Assembly: GCA_001803705.1 (NCBI GenBank)
Contig: MHDY01000253.1
Span: forward strand, 1-38,365
DNA from: Nitrospirae bacterium GWC2_56_14
Lineage (GTDB): Bacteria > Nitrospirota > UBA9217
Reading direction: 5' to 3'
Length of the DNA stretch: 38,365 nucleotides
The first letter of the stretch is position 1, and each line of letters starts with the position of its first letter. Of this stretch, positions 1 to 9,028 are shown in pieces. The translations under genes were made by a program, and so were the position numbers. Below the pieces are notes generated by a model. The model searched no databases. It was not told where the DNA came from and was given only the letters and a program-made list of their open reading frames with translations.

Positions 1-15
1 CGCAGCCCATCTATC

Positions 16-1620
16 ATGGACTATTCAGACGAAATACAGAAACGGCGCACCTTCGCCATCATCAGCCACCCTGACGCGGGAAAGACCACGCTCACCGAGA
101 AATTCCTGCTTTTCGGCGGCGCGATCCAGGTGGCCGGCGCAGTGAAGTCGAACAAGATCAGGAAGAGCACGTCCTCGGACTTCATGGACATCGAGCGCCA
201 GCGCGGCATCTCGGTGGCCACGTCGGTCATGGGCTTCGACTACAACGGGCTCAAGATCAACCTGCTCGACACCCCGGGGCACAAGGACTTCGCCGAGGAC
301 ACCTACCGCACGCTCACCGCCGTGGACAGCGTCATCCTCGTCATCGACTGCGCCAAAGGCGTGGAGGAGCAGACCCTGCGGCTCATGGAAGTCTGCCGCA
401 TGCGCAATACGCCGGTCATCGTCTTCGTGAACAAGCTCGACCGCGAAGGCAAGCACCCCTTCGAGCTCCTGGACGAACTCGAAGTGAAGCTGAACATCAA
501 GGTCCAGCCGCTCTCGTGGCCCATCAGCATGGGCACCTCCTTCAAGGGCGTCTACAACCTTTACAACAACAGCCTCTATCTCTTCCGTGCCGGCGGCGCA
601 ACGGTGCAGACCGACGTGCTGGAGGTCAAGGGCATTGCCGACCCGATGCTGGACCAGCAGCTGGGCGACTATGCGGTCAAGCTCCGGGAGGACGTGGAGC
701 TCATCGTCGGCACGCACAACCCCTTTGACGTACAGGCCTATCTGCGCGGCGAGCTCGCGCCGGTCTTCTTCGGCAGCGCCATCAACAACTTCGGCGTGAA
801 GGAGCTCCTGGATACCTTTACCGAGATCGCGCCAACGCCCGGAAGCCGCCCCACGGACCAGCGCATCGTCAACGCCGATGAACCGGACTTCACCGGGTTC
901 GTGTTCAAGATCCACGCGAACCTGGACCCGCGCCACCGCGACCGCATCGCCTTTATCCGCGTCTGCTCCGGCAAGTTCGAGCGGAACAAGATGTTCCTGC
1001 ATGTGCGCCTGAACAAGAACATCCGCTTCACCAGCCCGGCGAGCTTCCTGGGCGCCAGGAAGAGCATCGTGGACGAGGCCTTCCCGGGCGACGTGATCGG
1101 TCTGTACGACACCGGCAACTTCAAGATCGGCGACACCCTCACCGAGGGCGAGAAGCTCATGTTCCAGGGCATCCCGACCTTTTCTCCCGAGGTCTTCAAG
1201 GAGCTGGTGAACCGCGATCCCGGCAAGTCCAAGCAGCTCGCCAAGGGCATCGAGCAGCTCACCGACGAAGGCGTGGCCCAGCTCTTTACGCAGCACCAAG
1301 GCAACCGCAGGATCGTGGGCACCGTGGGCCAGCTGCAGTTCGACGTGCTCCAGTACCGCCTGGAGCATGAATACAACGCAAAATGCAGCTTCGAATCCAT
1401 GGCTATTTACAAGGCATGCTGGATCACCACAACGGACAACGCGGAGATGGACAAGTTCTGCAGGTTCAAGTCGGACCGCATTGCCACGGACAAGGACGGC
1501 AACACGGTGTTCCTGGCGGAGTCGGAATGGGTGCTCCGGAACATGATCGAGGCCTATCCGGCCGTCAAGTTCCACTTCACGTCTGAGTTCAAGCGGGAGA
1601 TGCAGGAAGTGAAGAAGTAG
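16..1620 (+). CDS. prfC: peptide chain release factor 3 (translational GTPase)
   Basis: 534-aa ORF with ATG at 16. GTPase motifs [16 protein letters not shown] (G1), DTPGHKDF (G3) and NKLD (G4), and RF3-like sequence over the full length. The antisense ORF 25..1575 is a GC-driven shadow. Confidence 0.95.
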   Translation: MDYSDEIQKRRTFAIISHPDAGKTTLTEKFLLFGGAIQVAGAVKSNKIRKSTSSDFMDIERQRGISVATSVMGFDYNGLKINLLDTPGHKDFAEDTYRTLTAVDSVILVIDCAKGVEEQTLRLMEVCRMRNTPVIVFVNKLDREGKHPFELLDELEVKLNIKVQPLSWPISMGTSFKGVYNLYNNSLYLFRAGGATVQTDVLEVKGIADPMLDQQLGDYAVKLREDVELIVGTHNPFDVQAYLRGELAPVFFGSAINNFGVKELLDTFTEIAPTPGSRPTDQRIVNADEPDFTGFVFKIHANLDPRHRDRIAFIRVCSGKFERNKMFLHVRLNKNIRFTSPASFLGARKSIVDEAFPGDVIGLYDTGNFKIGDTLTEGEKLMFQGIPTFSPEVFKELVNRDPGKSKQLAKGIEQLTDEGVAQLFTQHQGNRRIVGTVGQLQFDVLQYRLEHEYNAKCSFESMAIYKACWITTTDNAEMDKFCRFKSDRIATDKDGNTVFLAESEWVLRNMIEAYPAVKFHFTSEFKREMQEVKK

Positions 1621-1631
1621 GCCGCCTTCAT

Positions 1632-2120
1632 TCAGCCCCCGCTTTTTTCGTTATTCCCTGCCACAACTTCCTTTCTTCGGATATAGATCGTCTTCTCAAC
1701 GGACGCGTGCAGCGCGCCTGCGGCATCAACAAGCTCAACAAGATAGGACCGCTCGATGGACGGCGCGGTTCCGACCGCTGCCGTAATGGCGGCTATCTCT
1801 TCCGTGGTCAGAATAAATTTCGCATAGAGCGTGCTCTTTCCCGGCCGTTTGAACCGGATGGCAGCGGCTTTGTCCCATACCACGTACTCCGGTCCAAGGA
1901 TCTTGATCAACATGATCATGTAAATGGGATCGACCGCTGCGTACATGCTTCCGCCGTAGATCGTGCCCACATAGTTTCTCGTCCTCCAGTTAAGCGGCAG
2001 TTTGATGCGCACCTCGCGCCAATCAGACGCGATATAGGTGATGCGTGCGCCCGTGCCGCGATAGGCAGGAAAAAAATTGAACCCCCAACGGGCAAGCTTT
2101 GTTGACAAAGATTCCGGCAT
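1632..2120 (-). CDS. DUF4442 / YiiD_C-like hot-dog-fold (thioesterase-like) protein
   Basis: ORF 1632..2201. I chose the internal ATG at 2118-2120, which is preceded by GGAAGGGAG. The segment WGFNFFPAYRGTGARITYIASDWREVRIKLPLNWRTRNYVGTIYGGSMY matches the DUF4442 family as I recall it. The start is uncertain by about 40 nt. Confidence 0.72.
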   Translation of the reverse strand: MPESLSTKLARWGFNFFPAYRGTGARITYIASDWREVRIKLPLNWRTRNYVGTIYGGSMYAAVDPIYMIMLIKILGPEYVVWDKAAAIRFKRPGKSTLYAKFILTTEEIAAITAAVGTAPSIERSYLVELVDAAGALHASVEKTIYIRRKEVVAGNNEKSGG

Positions 2121-2364
2121 AGCGCGCTCCCTTCCCCTCACCGAAAGTTTAGCGAACATTGCTTGTCCTGACAAGAGCGGAGCAACCCTGCCCGGCCGCA
2201 CGCTTCTGGCGGAGACCGATCAACGGACGACGAGGACGGCGGGGGAAAACGCCTTCTGCCGGTTTTTACCGCAAATAGCTACAAATAGCTTGTCATTACC
2301 GCCGCTTTATGAAATAATCACAGCCAGCTCCGGCAATGACGCAGCCGCACCTTGGGGGTCCTGC

Positions 2365-3315
2365 ATGGCAAAAGCAAAAATTCTGCTGGTCGAAGACAAT
2401 CAGACCCAGGCAACGCTCATCAGCTCTTTTTTGACCCGGAACGGCTACGAGGTCGTGTTGGCCGGCAATGGTATGTCGGCCATCAGGATCGCCAAGTCCG
2501 AAAAGGTCGATATCGTGCTGCTCGACCTCGTGCTTCCCGATATCGACGGGAACGAGGTCTGCCGGTGGCTGAAGCTGAACCACGACACCATGGCCATCCC
2601 GATCATCATGCTCACGGCCAAGGGCGAATCGCATGACAAGGTTGCCGGGCTTGAAGCCGGGGCGGACGACTATCTGCACAAGCCCTTTGACGAGAGCGAG
2701 CTAAACGCGCGCATTTACGTGCGCCTGCGCTCGAAATCGCTGCAGGACGAGCTGCGGATCAAGAACCACCAGCTCGAAGACATGCTGACGCGGGTCGAGA
2801 CGCTGGCGATCATGGATTCACTCACGGGGCTGTTCAACCGCAGGCGCTTCGAGACCCTCCTGTCCAATGAGTTCAAGAAAGCCCAGCGCTACCTGCACCC
2901 CTTAAGCTGCATGATCCTCGATATCGACCACTTTAAGGAGATCAATGACTCCTTCGGCCACCAGGTCGGGGACCTGGCGCTGCGCGAGGTTGCCCAGGTG
3001 ATCCAGGCAAGCGTCCGCGAAGTGGACACTCCCGCGCGGTGGGGCGGAGAGGAGTTCGTCGTGCTCAGCCCGAACACGACGAAGGAGAACGCGCTCCGTG
3101 CCGCAGAGCGGATCCTGAGCTCCATGGCCGCGCACAAGTTCTCAGGCATCGGGGGCAGGAGTCTGAGCGTCAGCATCGGTCTTGCGGGCATCCCCGATCC
3201 CTCGATCGACACCATGGAGAAATTGATCCACGCCGCCGATCTCGCCATGTACGAAGCGAAACGGAAAGGCAGGGCACGGGTGGAGGTTGCGGCGCCGGGT
3301 ATAGCGCAGCGGTAG
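2365..3315 (+). CDS. response regulator receiver + GGDEF diguanylate cyclase
   Basis: ORF 2077..3315. The start is set at ATG 2365 (MAKAKILLVEDNQ), where the REC domain begins. The acceptor Asp lies in IVLLDLVLPD. There is a coiled linker, then a GGDEF domain with an intact GGEEF active site and an RxxD I-site (REVDTPARWGGEEF). Confidence 0.9.
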   Translation: MAKAKILLVEDNQTQATLISSFLTRNGYEVVLAGNGMSAIRIAKSEKVDIVLLDLVLPDIDGNEVCRWLKLNHDTMAIPIIMLTAKGESHDKVAGLEAGADDYLHKPFDESELNARIYVRLRSKSLQDELRIKNHQLEDMLTRVETLAIMDSLTGLFNRRRFETLLSNEFKKAQRYLHPLSCMILDIDHFKEINDSFGHQVGDLALREVAQVIQASVREVDTPARWGGEEFVVLSPNTTKENALRAAERILSSMAAHKFSGIGGRSLSVSIGLAGIPDPSIDTMEKLIHAADLAMYEAKRKGRARVEVAAPGIAQR

Positions 3316-3425
3316 TCCTTCAGTTTTTAAATAAATAGTGTATACACCGATCAAATCGGATAAAACTTTTTTCACTATCGTTTTTTACCGGTCGCCCATT
3401 CCGACCGAAAGTCAAGGAGCTAATC

Positions 3426-4226
3426 ATGAAACCCGGACCCCGCGCGTATGGCCTGTTTACCAGCTGTATCATGACCCTCTTCCTTTTCTCCTCGAATTCT
3501 TTTGCTGCCGACATCGACTGCCTGAAGTGCCACCGTAAGCTGACCACGGGCTCCGTTGTCCATGCCGCGGTCTCGATGGGCTGTACCACATGCCATACTG
3601 CCATAGATGCGAAGACCGTTCCTCACAAAAAGAGCGGCGCTGCGGCGCGCGGTCTTTCTGCGGAACAGCCTGACCTGTGCTACGGCTGCCATGCCAAAGC
3701 AGCCTTTGAAAAAAAGGGCGTCCATGCCGCCCTCGCCATGGGCTGCACCTCCTGCCATAACCCCCACTCGTCGAATACGGCGAAGCTGCTGCTGTCGGAG
3801 GCGCCGGGCCTGTGCTTTACCTGCCATGACAAGGCATTGTTCAGCAAAAAAACAATTCATGCTCCGGTTGCAGGGGGTATGTGCCTTACCTGCCACGTAC
3901 CGCACGCATCTGATGAAGTGGCCCTCCTGGCGAACAGCCCCTATGAACTGTGCCTGACCTGTCACGGCGGGATCGCGGACAAACCGCATGCCGTGTCGGG
4001 CTTTTCCGCGGCCAGCCATCCCCTGGGGCCGAAAAAAATGAGCAAACGAAAATCGAAGCGGGACCTTTCGTCAGGGACCACGAATACGATCATGGACCCT
4101 GCCCGGTCGGGCAGGGAGTTCTATTGCGGCAGTTGCCATGAGCCCCACAGCACCGATTCGCCGCGGTTGTTCCGGTTCAACGCAAAAAGCACCATGAGCC
4201 TCTGCGGCAACTGCCATAAGATGTAG
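3426..4226 (+). CDS. periplasmic multihaem c-type cytochrome (9 CXXCH motifs)
   Basis: SD AAGGAG lies upstream of ATG 3426. The N-terminus is signal-peptide-like (LFTSCIMTLFLFSSNSFAA). There are nine CXXCH sites: CLKCH, CTTCH, CYGCH, CTSCH, CFTCH, CLTCH x2, CGSCH, CGNCH. They are arranged as paired-CXXCH repeats. Confidence 0.9.
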   Translation: MKPGPRAYGLFTSCIMTLFLFSSNSFAADIDCLKCHRKLTTGSVVHAAVSMGCTTCHTAIDAKTVPHKKSGAAARGLSAEQPDLCYGCHAKAAFEKKGVHAALAMGCTSCHNPHSSNTAKLLLSEAPGLCFTCHDKALFSKKTIHAPVAGGMCLTCHVPHASDEVALLANSPYELCLTCHGGIADKPHAVSGFSAASHPLGPKKMSKRKSKRDLSSGTTNTIMDPARSGREFYCGSCHEPHSTDSPRLFRFNAKSTMSLCGNCHKM

Positions 4227-4286
4227 AACGGTGACGAATGAGAAAAGGAGGGCGCTGTTTTCGACCGGCAGCAGCGCAGAACCAGC

Positions 4287-4979
4287 ATGCTGATAGATTA
4301 CTTGAAGAACATTCCGCTCTTTAACCACCTGAAGGACTCTCAACTGAAAGAAATGGCTACGCGCTGCAAAAGCGCGCTTTATAAAAAGGGCGACGTGGTG
4401 TTCCACAAAACGGACCTGAGCACGGACCTCTATATCGTTAATGCCGGAAAGTTCAAGGCGGTCCTATCCGACGATGAGGGCGACGAGATGGTGCTGGCGC
4501 AGTTCGAAAAAGGCGCCTTCTTCGGCGAGCTCAGCCTGCTCGACGGCCAGGGCCGGTCCGCCACCATCGTAGCGGAACGGGATTCGGAGCTTGCGGTTCT
4601 GAAAAAGGACGTTTTCCTGGAACTGCTTTACAAGAATCCGAAGATCGCCGTGGAGCTGATGACCACGCTTGCCAGACGGCTGCGTAAAGCGGATGAGATG
4701 ATCGAGTCTCTCGCCTTCCTTGAGGTCGGAGAGCGGTTGATCCGGACGCTGCTCGATGCGGCAGGAGCTGAGGGGGCGGACAGCAAGGGCTTTTTGAAAG
4801 CGGGCAAACTAACCCACAAGGAGCTCGCTGCGCGCATCGGCTCTTCGCGCGAAGCGGTCTCGAAGTGCATGAAGGTGCTCTCCATGAAGGGGATCATCAG
4901 GGAAGCCGACGGCATCCTGGTCGTTCACAATGCACTGGAGCGCTTGGCGGAAGAGGAACGGGCAAAACGGCAGCATTAG
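4287..4979 (+). CDS. Crp/Fnr-family transcriptional regulator (cNMP-binding domain + HTH)
   Basis: 230 aa. The cNMP-binding beta-roll signature is FFGELSLLDGQGRSATIVA. The C-terminal HTH is THKELAARIGSSREAVSKCMKVL. There is no N-terminal Cys cluster, so it is not a classical O2-sensing Fnr. Confidence 0.9.
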   Translation: MLIDYLKNIPLFNHLKDSQLKEMATRCKSALYKKGDVVFHKTDLSTDLYIVNAGKFKAVLSDDEGDEMVLAQFEKGAFFGELSLLDGQGRSATIVAERDSELAVLKKDVFLELLYKNPKIAVELMTTLARRLRKADEMIESLAFLEVGERLIRTLLDAAGAEGADSKGFLKAGKLTHKELAARIGSSREAVSKCMKVLSMKGIIREADGILVVHNALERLAEEERAKRQH

Positions 4980-5043
4980 AGAGCCGGCCGCTGCCTCTTC
5001 TGCCCCTTGCTCCAGATCGACTGTGCTGGTTTTAGACAAGAAA

Positions 5044-5077
5044 AGCCCGTGGCATGTTCTCCTGCCACGGGCTTTTC
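5044..5077. terminator. bidirectional intrinsic terminator between the convergent crp-family gene and trpB2
   Basis: Perfect 11-bp stem agcccgtggca (5044-5054) / tgccacgggct (5063-5073) with an 8-nt loop. It is flanked by AAAA on one side and TTTT on the other. Confidence 0.65.
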
Positions 5078-5101
5078 TGTGGACCGCGCGTTCCCGCTAC
5101 A

Positions 5102-6460
<1,359 letters not shown>

Positions 6461-6514
6461 ACTTCCTCCTCAGGCAATAATGGTCATCTCACAAATGCAA
6501 CAAAGTGCCGCCAT

Positions 6515-6542
6515 TTTATACTATATTTCAGGTGTTTGCCAA
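6515..6542 (-). promoter_or_regulatory. sigma70-like promoter candidate for trpB2
   Basis: On the minus strand: TTGGCA (6542-6537), 16-nt spacer, TATAAA (6520-6515). It lies about 55 nt upstream of the trpB2 ATG. This is hexamer matching only. Confidence 0.45.
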
Positions 6543-6614
6543 CGGTATTTTGTTTCAGGTTTTTTAGCGGTATCGTGGTTCGTGAATTGTCCACAACTGC
6601 GTTCGCTATGACAT

Positions 6615-6708
6615 CTGAAAAGCACCTCCCCCAACCCCTCCTTGCCAAGGAGGGGAGTTGTTTTGTCCCTCCCCTTAACAAGGGGAGGTTAGGTGGGGTG
6701 ATTTTCAG
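6615..6708. repeat. 94-nt GC-rich imperfect inverted repeat with two internal hairpins (REP/MITE-like)
   Basis: The outer arm ctgaaaagcacctcccccaacccctccttg matches the reverse complement of caaggggaggttaggtggggtgattttcag at 24 of 30 positions. The internal hairpins are cccctcctt-gcc-aaggagggg and ccctcccctt-aac-aaggggagg. Confidence 0.7.
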
Positions 6709-6745
6709 GTGAGCTTTTGACATTACGCGGGGATATTTGCACTGC

Positions 6746-7021
6746 TCACGAGCCGATGGAGAACATGCTGTCCAGGTCGTGGCGCGAGTGAACCCTGAAA
6801 GCCATGAGCGTCTCTGACGTAAGGATGCCCTCTACTTTCAGCATATGGTCCGTCACCAGTTCCGCCATCTTTTCGCTATCCTTCACCCGGATGACCACGG
6901 CAAGATCGTACCTTCCGGCGACCGAGTACACTTCCGTGATGCCCTCCATTTCCGCTAGCGCTTCGGCAACGGCGTTCACTTTGTCACGCGCTACCGTTAA
7001 CAGGACCAGAGCTGTGTTCAT
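6746..7021 (-). CDS. stand-alone RAM (Lrp/AsnC ligand-binding) domain protein, no HTH
   Basis: ORF 6746..7063. The start is set at ATG 7019-7021, which is preceded by a perfect AGGAGG. The 91-aa product MNTALVLLTVARDKVNAVAEALAEMEGITEVYSVAGRYDLAVVIRVKD... has the beta-alpha-beta-beta-alpha-beta pattern of the AsnC/Lrp C-terminal domain only. Confidence 0.75.
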   Translation of the reverse strand: MNTALVLLTVARDKVNAVAEALAEMEGITEVYSVAGRYDLAVVIRVKDSEKMAELVTDHMLKVEGILTSETLMAFRVHSRHDLDSMFSIGS

Positions 7022-7082
7022 AGGACCTCCTGATATCTTTTTTTTGATTATACCAGATTTCACTTTTCAACGGAACCGGTTC

Positions 7083-8006
7083 TCAGGCCCGTATGCATCG
7101 CGGCTCCGGCGCGGAAAGATCGCCGGTGTGATGATAGGCGTGGGCGGGACAGCCGCCGTGACATGCCGAGTGAAGATCGCAGGTCCGGCGCGGACAACGG
7201 TTGTGTTTGAATTCCCTGAAAAAGGAAAGCGCGGGATGATGCCAGATGGTCTCCAACGGATCGCTCAGGATGCTGCCGAGCCGGAACGCGGGCTTGCCGA
7301 AGAACAGATTGCAGGGGTAGACCGATCCGTCAGGCATGATCCCGAGCTTGGTCGTGCCGGCCGGGCACCGGACCTTCGCCAGCTCCGGGTACGCTGCGCG
7401 GTCCGGCAGGAATCCCGAGCAGAAGACCGTTCCCACGTTCTGCTTCTGGAACAGGTCCGGTGCTGCCGGGAAGAACTCGTCAAAGGGGACTGTGTCCCTG
7501 AGCTGCGAACCTTCGAGTGCGTCTTTATACAGCAGGTAAAAGGTCCTGGGCCTCTGCGAGAGAATCTCCCGGACAAGATGAGCATCGAGCGCGCGGGTAT
7601 GGACCATCTTGACGACCGGACGATGGTCATGCAGGAATTTTCGCACCGCGGCAAAGGTTGCACGATCGTTGACCGACATGCCGATCGAGAGGTGATCGAA
7701 CCGGGCATGCAGGTCATGGAGCTGCGGGAGGTTCGTGCCGTTGGAGCTCATATTCACGCGCAGACCCCGGCTGCCTGCTTCGCGCAAGAAACCGGGCATG
7801 TCATGGTGAAGCGTCGGTTCGCCGCCCATCAGGTCGATGGTGGTAACAGGCCAACCCCCGAGCCGGTCGAGCATGGTCCTGAAGTCGATGAGCTGCATGT
7901 CCTCCATAAACGGCATGGCGTGGTTGAAACAGAACGCGCAGGACCGGTTGCAGCGGAGCAGCGGGTAAAGCTGGATATAGTCAGGGCCGGTTCTCATAGA
8001 CACCAT
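7083..8006 (-). CDS. radical SAM enzyme with C-terminal SPASM domain (subfamily unassigned)
   Basis: 307 aa. The CX3CX2C motif CNRSCAFC sits at residues 19-26 and a GGEP-type motif is present (LMGGEPTL). The SPASM cysteines are CPAGTTKLGIMPDGSVYPC, CPRRTCDLHSACHGGC and the terminal PEPRC. There is no obvious SD, so the start (ATG 8006 versus ATG 7997) is uncertain. Confidence 0.85.
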   Translation of the reverse strand: MVSMRTGPDYIQLYPLLRCNRSCAFCFNHAMPFMEDMQLIDFRTMLDRLGGWPVTTIDLMGGEPTLHHDMPGFLREAGSRGLRVNMSSNGTNLPQLHDLHARFDHLSIGMSVNDRATFAAVRKFLHDHRPVVKMVHTRALDAHLVREILSQRPRTFYLLYKDALEGSQLRDTVPFDEFFPAAPDLFQKQNVGTVFCSGFLPDRAAYPELAKVRCPAGTTKLGIMPDGSVYPCNLFFGKPAFRLGSILSDPLETIWHHPALSFFREFKHNRCPRRTCDLHSACHGGCPAHAYHHTGDLSAPEPRCIRA

Positions 8007-8036
8007 TGCGGAATGCGGATTTCGGATTGCGGAATG
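8007..8036. repeat. tandem heptanucleotide repeat (about 4.3 copies of TGCGGAW)
   Basis: TGCGGAA TGCGGAT TTCGGAT TGCGGAA TG begins 1 nt from the radical SAM start codon. It also reads as an 11-nt direct repeat ATTGCGGAATG at 8005-8015 and 8026-8036. Confidence 0.8.
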
Positions 8037-8085
8037 AAAACCGACAATCCTGTGCGACTTTGTCCTGTTGTCGATAATTCTTTAT

Positions 8086-8120
8086 CCTCTCCCCATGGAG
8101 GGAGAGGGCAGGGTGAGGGG
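8086..8120. repeat. GC-rich hairpin repeat (same compositional family as 6615..6708)
   Basis: cctctccc (8086-8093) pairs with gggagagg (8100-8107), followed by gcagggtgagggggg. The C/T-rich and G/A-rich arms resemble the hairpins at 6631-6690. Confidence 0.6.
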
Positions 8121-8150
8121 GGCTTTTCCGGTGTACGAAATTCACTTCGG

Positions 8151-9005
8151 TTAAATGACGAAAAGCCGTCCCTTCTTCCTGATGAACCCTTCCTTCTCCA
8201 TTTGCACAAGACTGCTCTTCACCCGTTCCGCCTCCATGGCAACTCTTTTCACGATCTGCAGGGCCGTGAGCGGCGCGTCAGCAACCAGGATCTTGAGTAT
8301 CCTGCCCCGTACCTGGCGGCTCGAATTCTCGAAGGGGGACTGGCGCGTATAATGCGCGCTCCTTCGGTTGGGATTGGCATGCTGCTGCTTCAGCATGGTC
8401 CCGTAATCCATAAGAGCATTGTACCACGTCCGGGGGTCTGCGGGGTCCATGGTCCTCTCGACAAGAGGAATCAGCTCGTCATCATGGACGCCTTGCCGGT
8501 CCTGAAAGAACTCGTGGATATAGACGCGGCGGATGTTCGTGTCCATGAAGACCACCGGCTTGTTGAAGGCAAAGGCCATGACAGCCCCTGCGGTGTAGTT
8601 GCCGATGCCCGGGAGCGCAAGCAGCTGATCACGATCGGACGGCAGCCTGCCCTTATGCTCGTCCACCACTTTTTGCGCCAGCGCTTTGAGCGCAAGGGCG
8701 CGGCGGTTGTAGCCCAATCCGGACCAGAGGGAGAGAAGCTGCGGAAGCGGGGCTGCTGCGAGATCGGCAAAGGTCGGGAAGATGGCAAGGAACTCTTTGT
8801 ACTTTTCGATCACCCGGTCGACCTGGGTCTGCTGCAGCATGATCTCGGATATGAGCACACGGTAGGGATTGACGCGCTTGCGCCAAGGCAGGTCGCGGCC
8901 ATGCTCACGAAAATGGTCGTGAACCTTTTTGCGGAACGCCCGCACCTCGGTGGAGGTGAGCGATTTGCTGTTTCTTCGGGAAGACGTCGAATTTTTTTTC
9001 GTCAT
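8151..9005 (-). CDS. MutY-like HhH-GPD DNA glycosylase with no cysteines (no Fe-S cluster) and a winged-helix-like C-terminus
   Basis: ORF 8151..9077, with the start set at ATG 9003-9005 (MTKKNSTSS). MutY-type motifs are PWRKRVNPYRVLISEIMLQQTQV, the HhH LLALPGIGNYTAGAV and the catalytic Asp context VVFMDTNIRRV. The 284-aa product contains zero Cys. The last 60 aa or so look like a winged HTH rather than a NUDIX-like domain. Confidence 0.8.
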   Translation of the reverse strand: MTKKNSTSSRRNSKSLTSTEVRAFRKKVHDHFREHGRDLPWRKRVNPYRVLISEIMLQQTQVDRVIEKYKEFLAIFPTFADLAAAPLPQLLSLWSGLGYNRRALALKALAQKVVDEHKGRLPSDRDQLLALPGIGNYTAGAVMAFAFNKPVVFMDTNIRRVYIHEFFQDRQGVHDDELIPLVERTMDPADPRTWYNALMDYGTMLKQQHANPNRRSAHYTRQSPFENSSRQVRGRILKILVADAPLTALQIVKRVAMEAERVKSSLVQMEKEGFIRKKGRLFVI

Positions 9006-9028
9006 AGGTCGTGCCGGGCAGAGGGGAG

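Noticed and set aside
2077-2364. An N-terminal 96-aa extension of the GGDEF ORF. Analogous extensions occur on rpoD (13569..13817), mutS2 (17823..17924), the Smr gene (9683..9760) and the glycosylase gene (9006..9077).
   Set aside because: The extensions overlap neighbouring genes or divergent promoter regions, and they have a non-protein-like composition. The conserved domain begins at an internal start codon with a better SD.
3316-3425. A c-di-GMP or cGAMP (GEMM-type) riboswitch upstream of the multihaem cytochrome.
   Set aside because: The region is AT-rich. It lacks the paired P1/P2 hairpins, the GNRA tetraloop and receptor, and the conserved GCAAA/CGCAAAGC-like segments that I would expect.
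8005-8135. A CRISPR array or minisatellite with coding potential.
   Set aside because: There are only about 4 copies of a 7-nt unit plus one hairpin. There is no repeat-spacer periodicity of 25-40 nt, and there are no cas genes anywhere in the window.
7994-8209. A 71-aa minus-strand ORF upstream of the radical SAM gene, considered as a RiPP precursor peptide.
   Set aside because: It overlaps the end of the glycosylase gene and the start of the rSAM gene. Its sequence (…PPSPCPLPPWGED…IPQSEIRIPQ…) is simply a translation of the GC-rich hairpin and the heptamer repeats.
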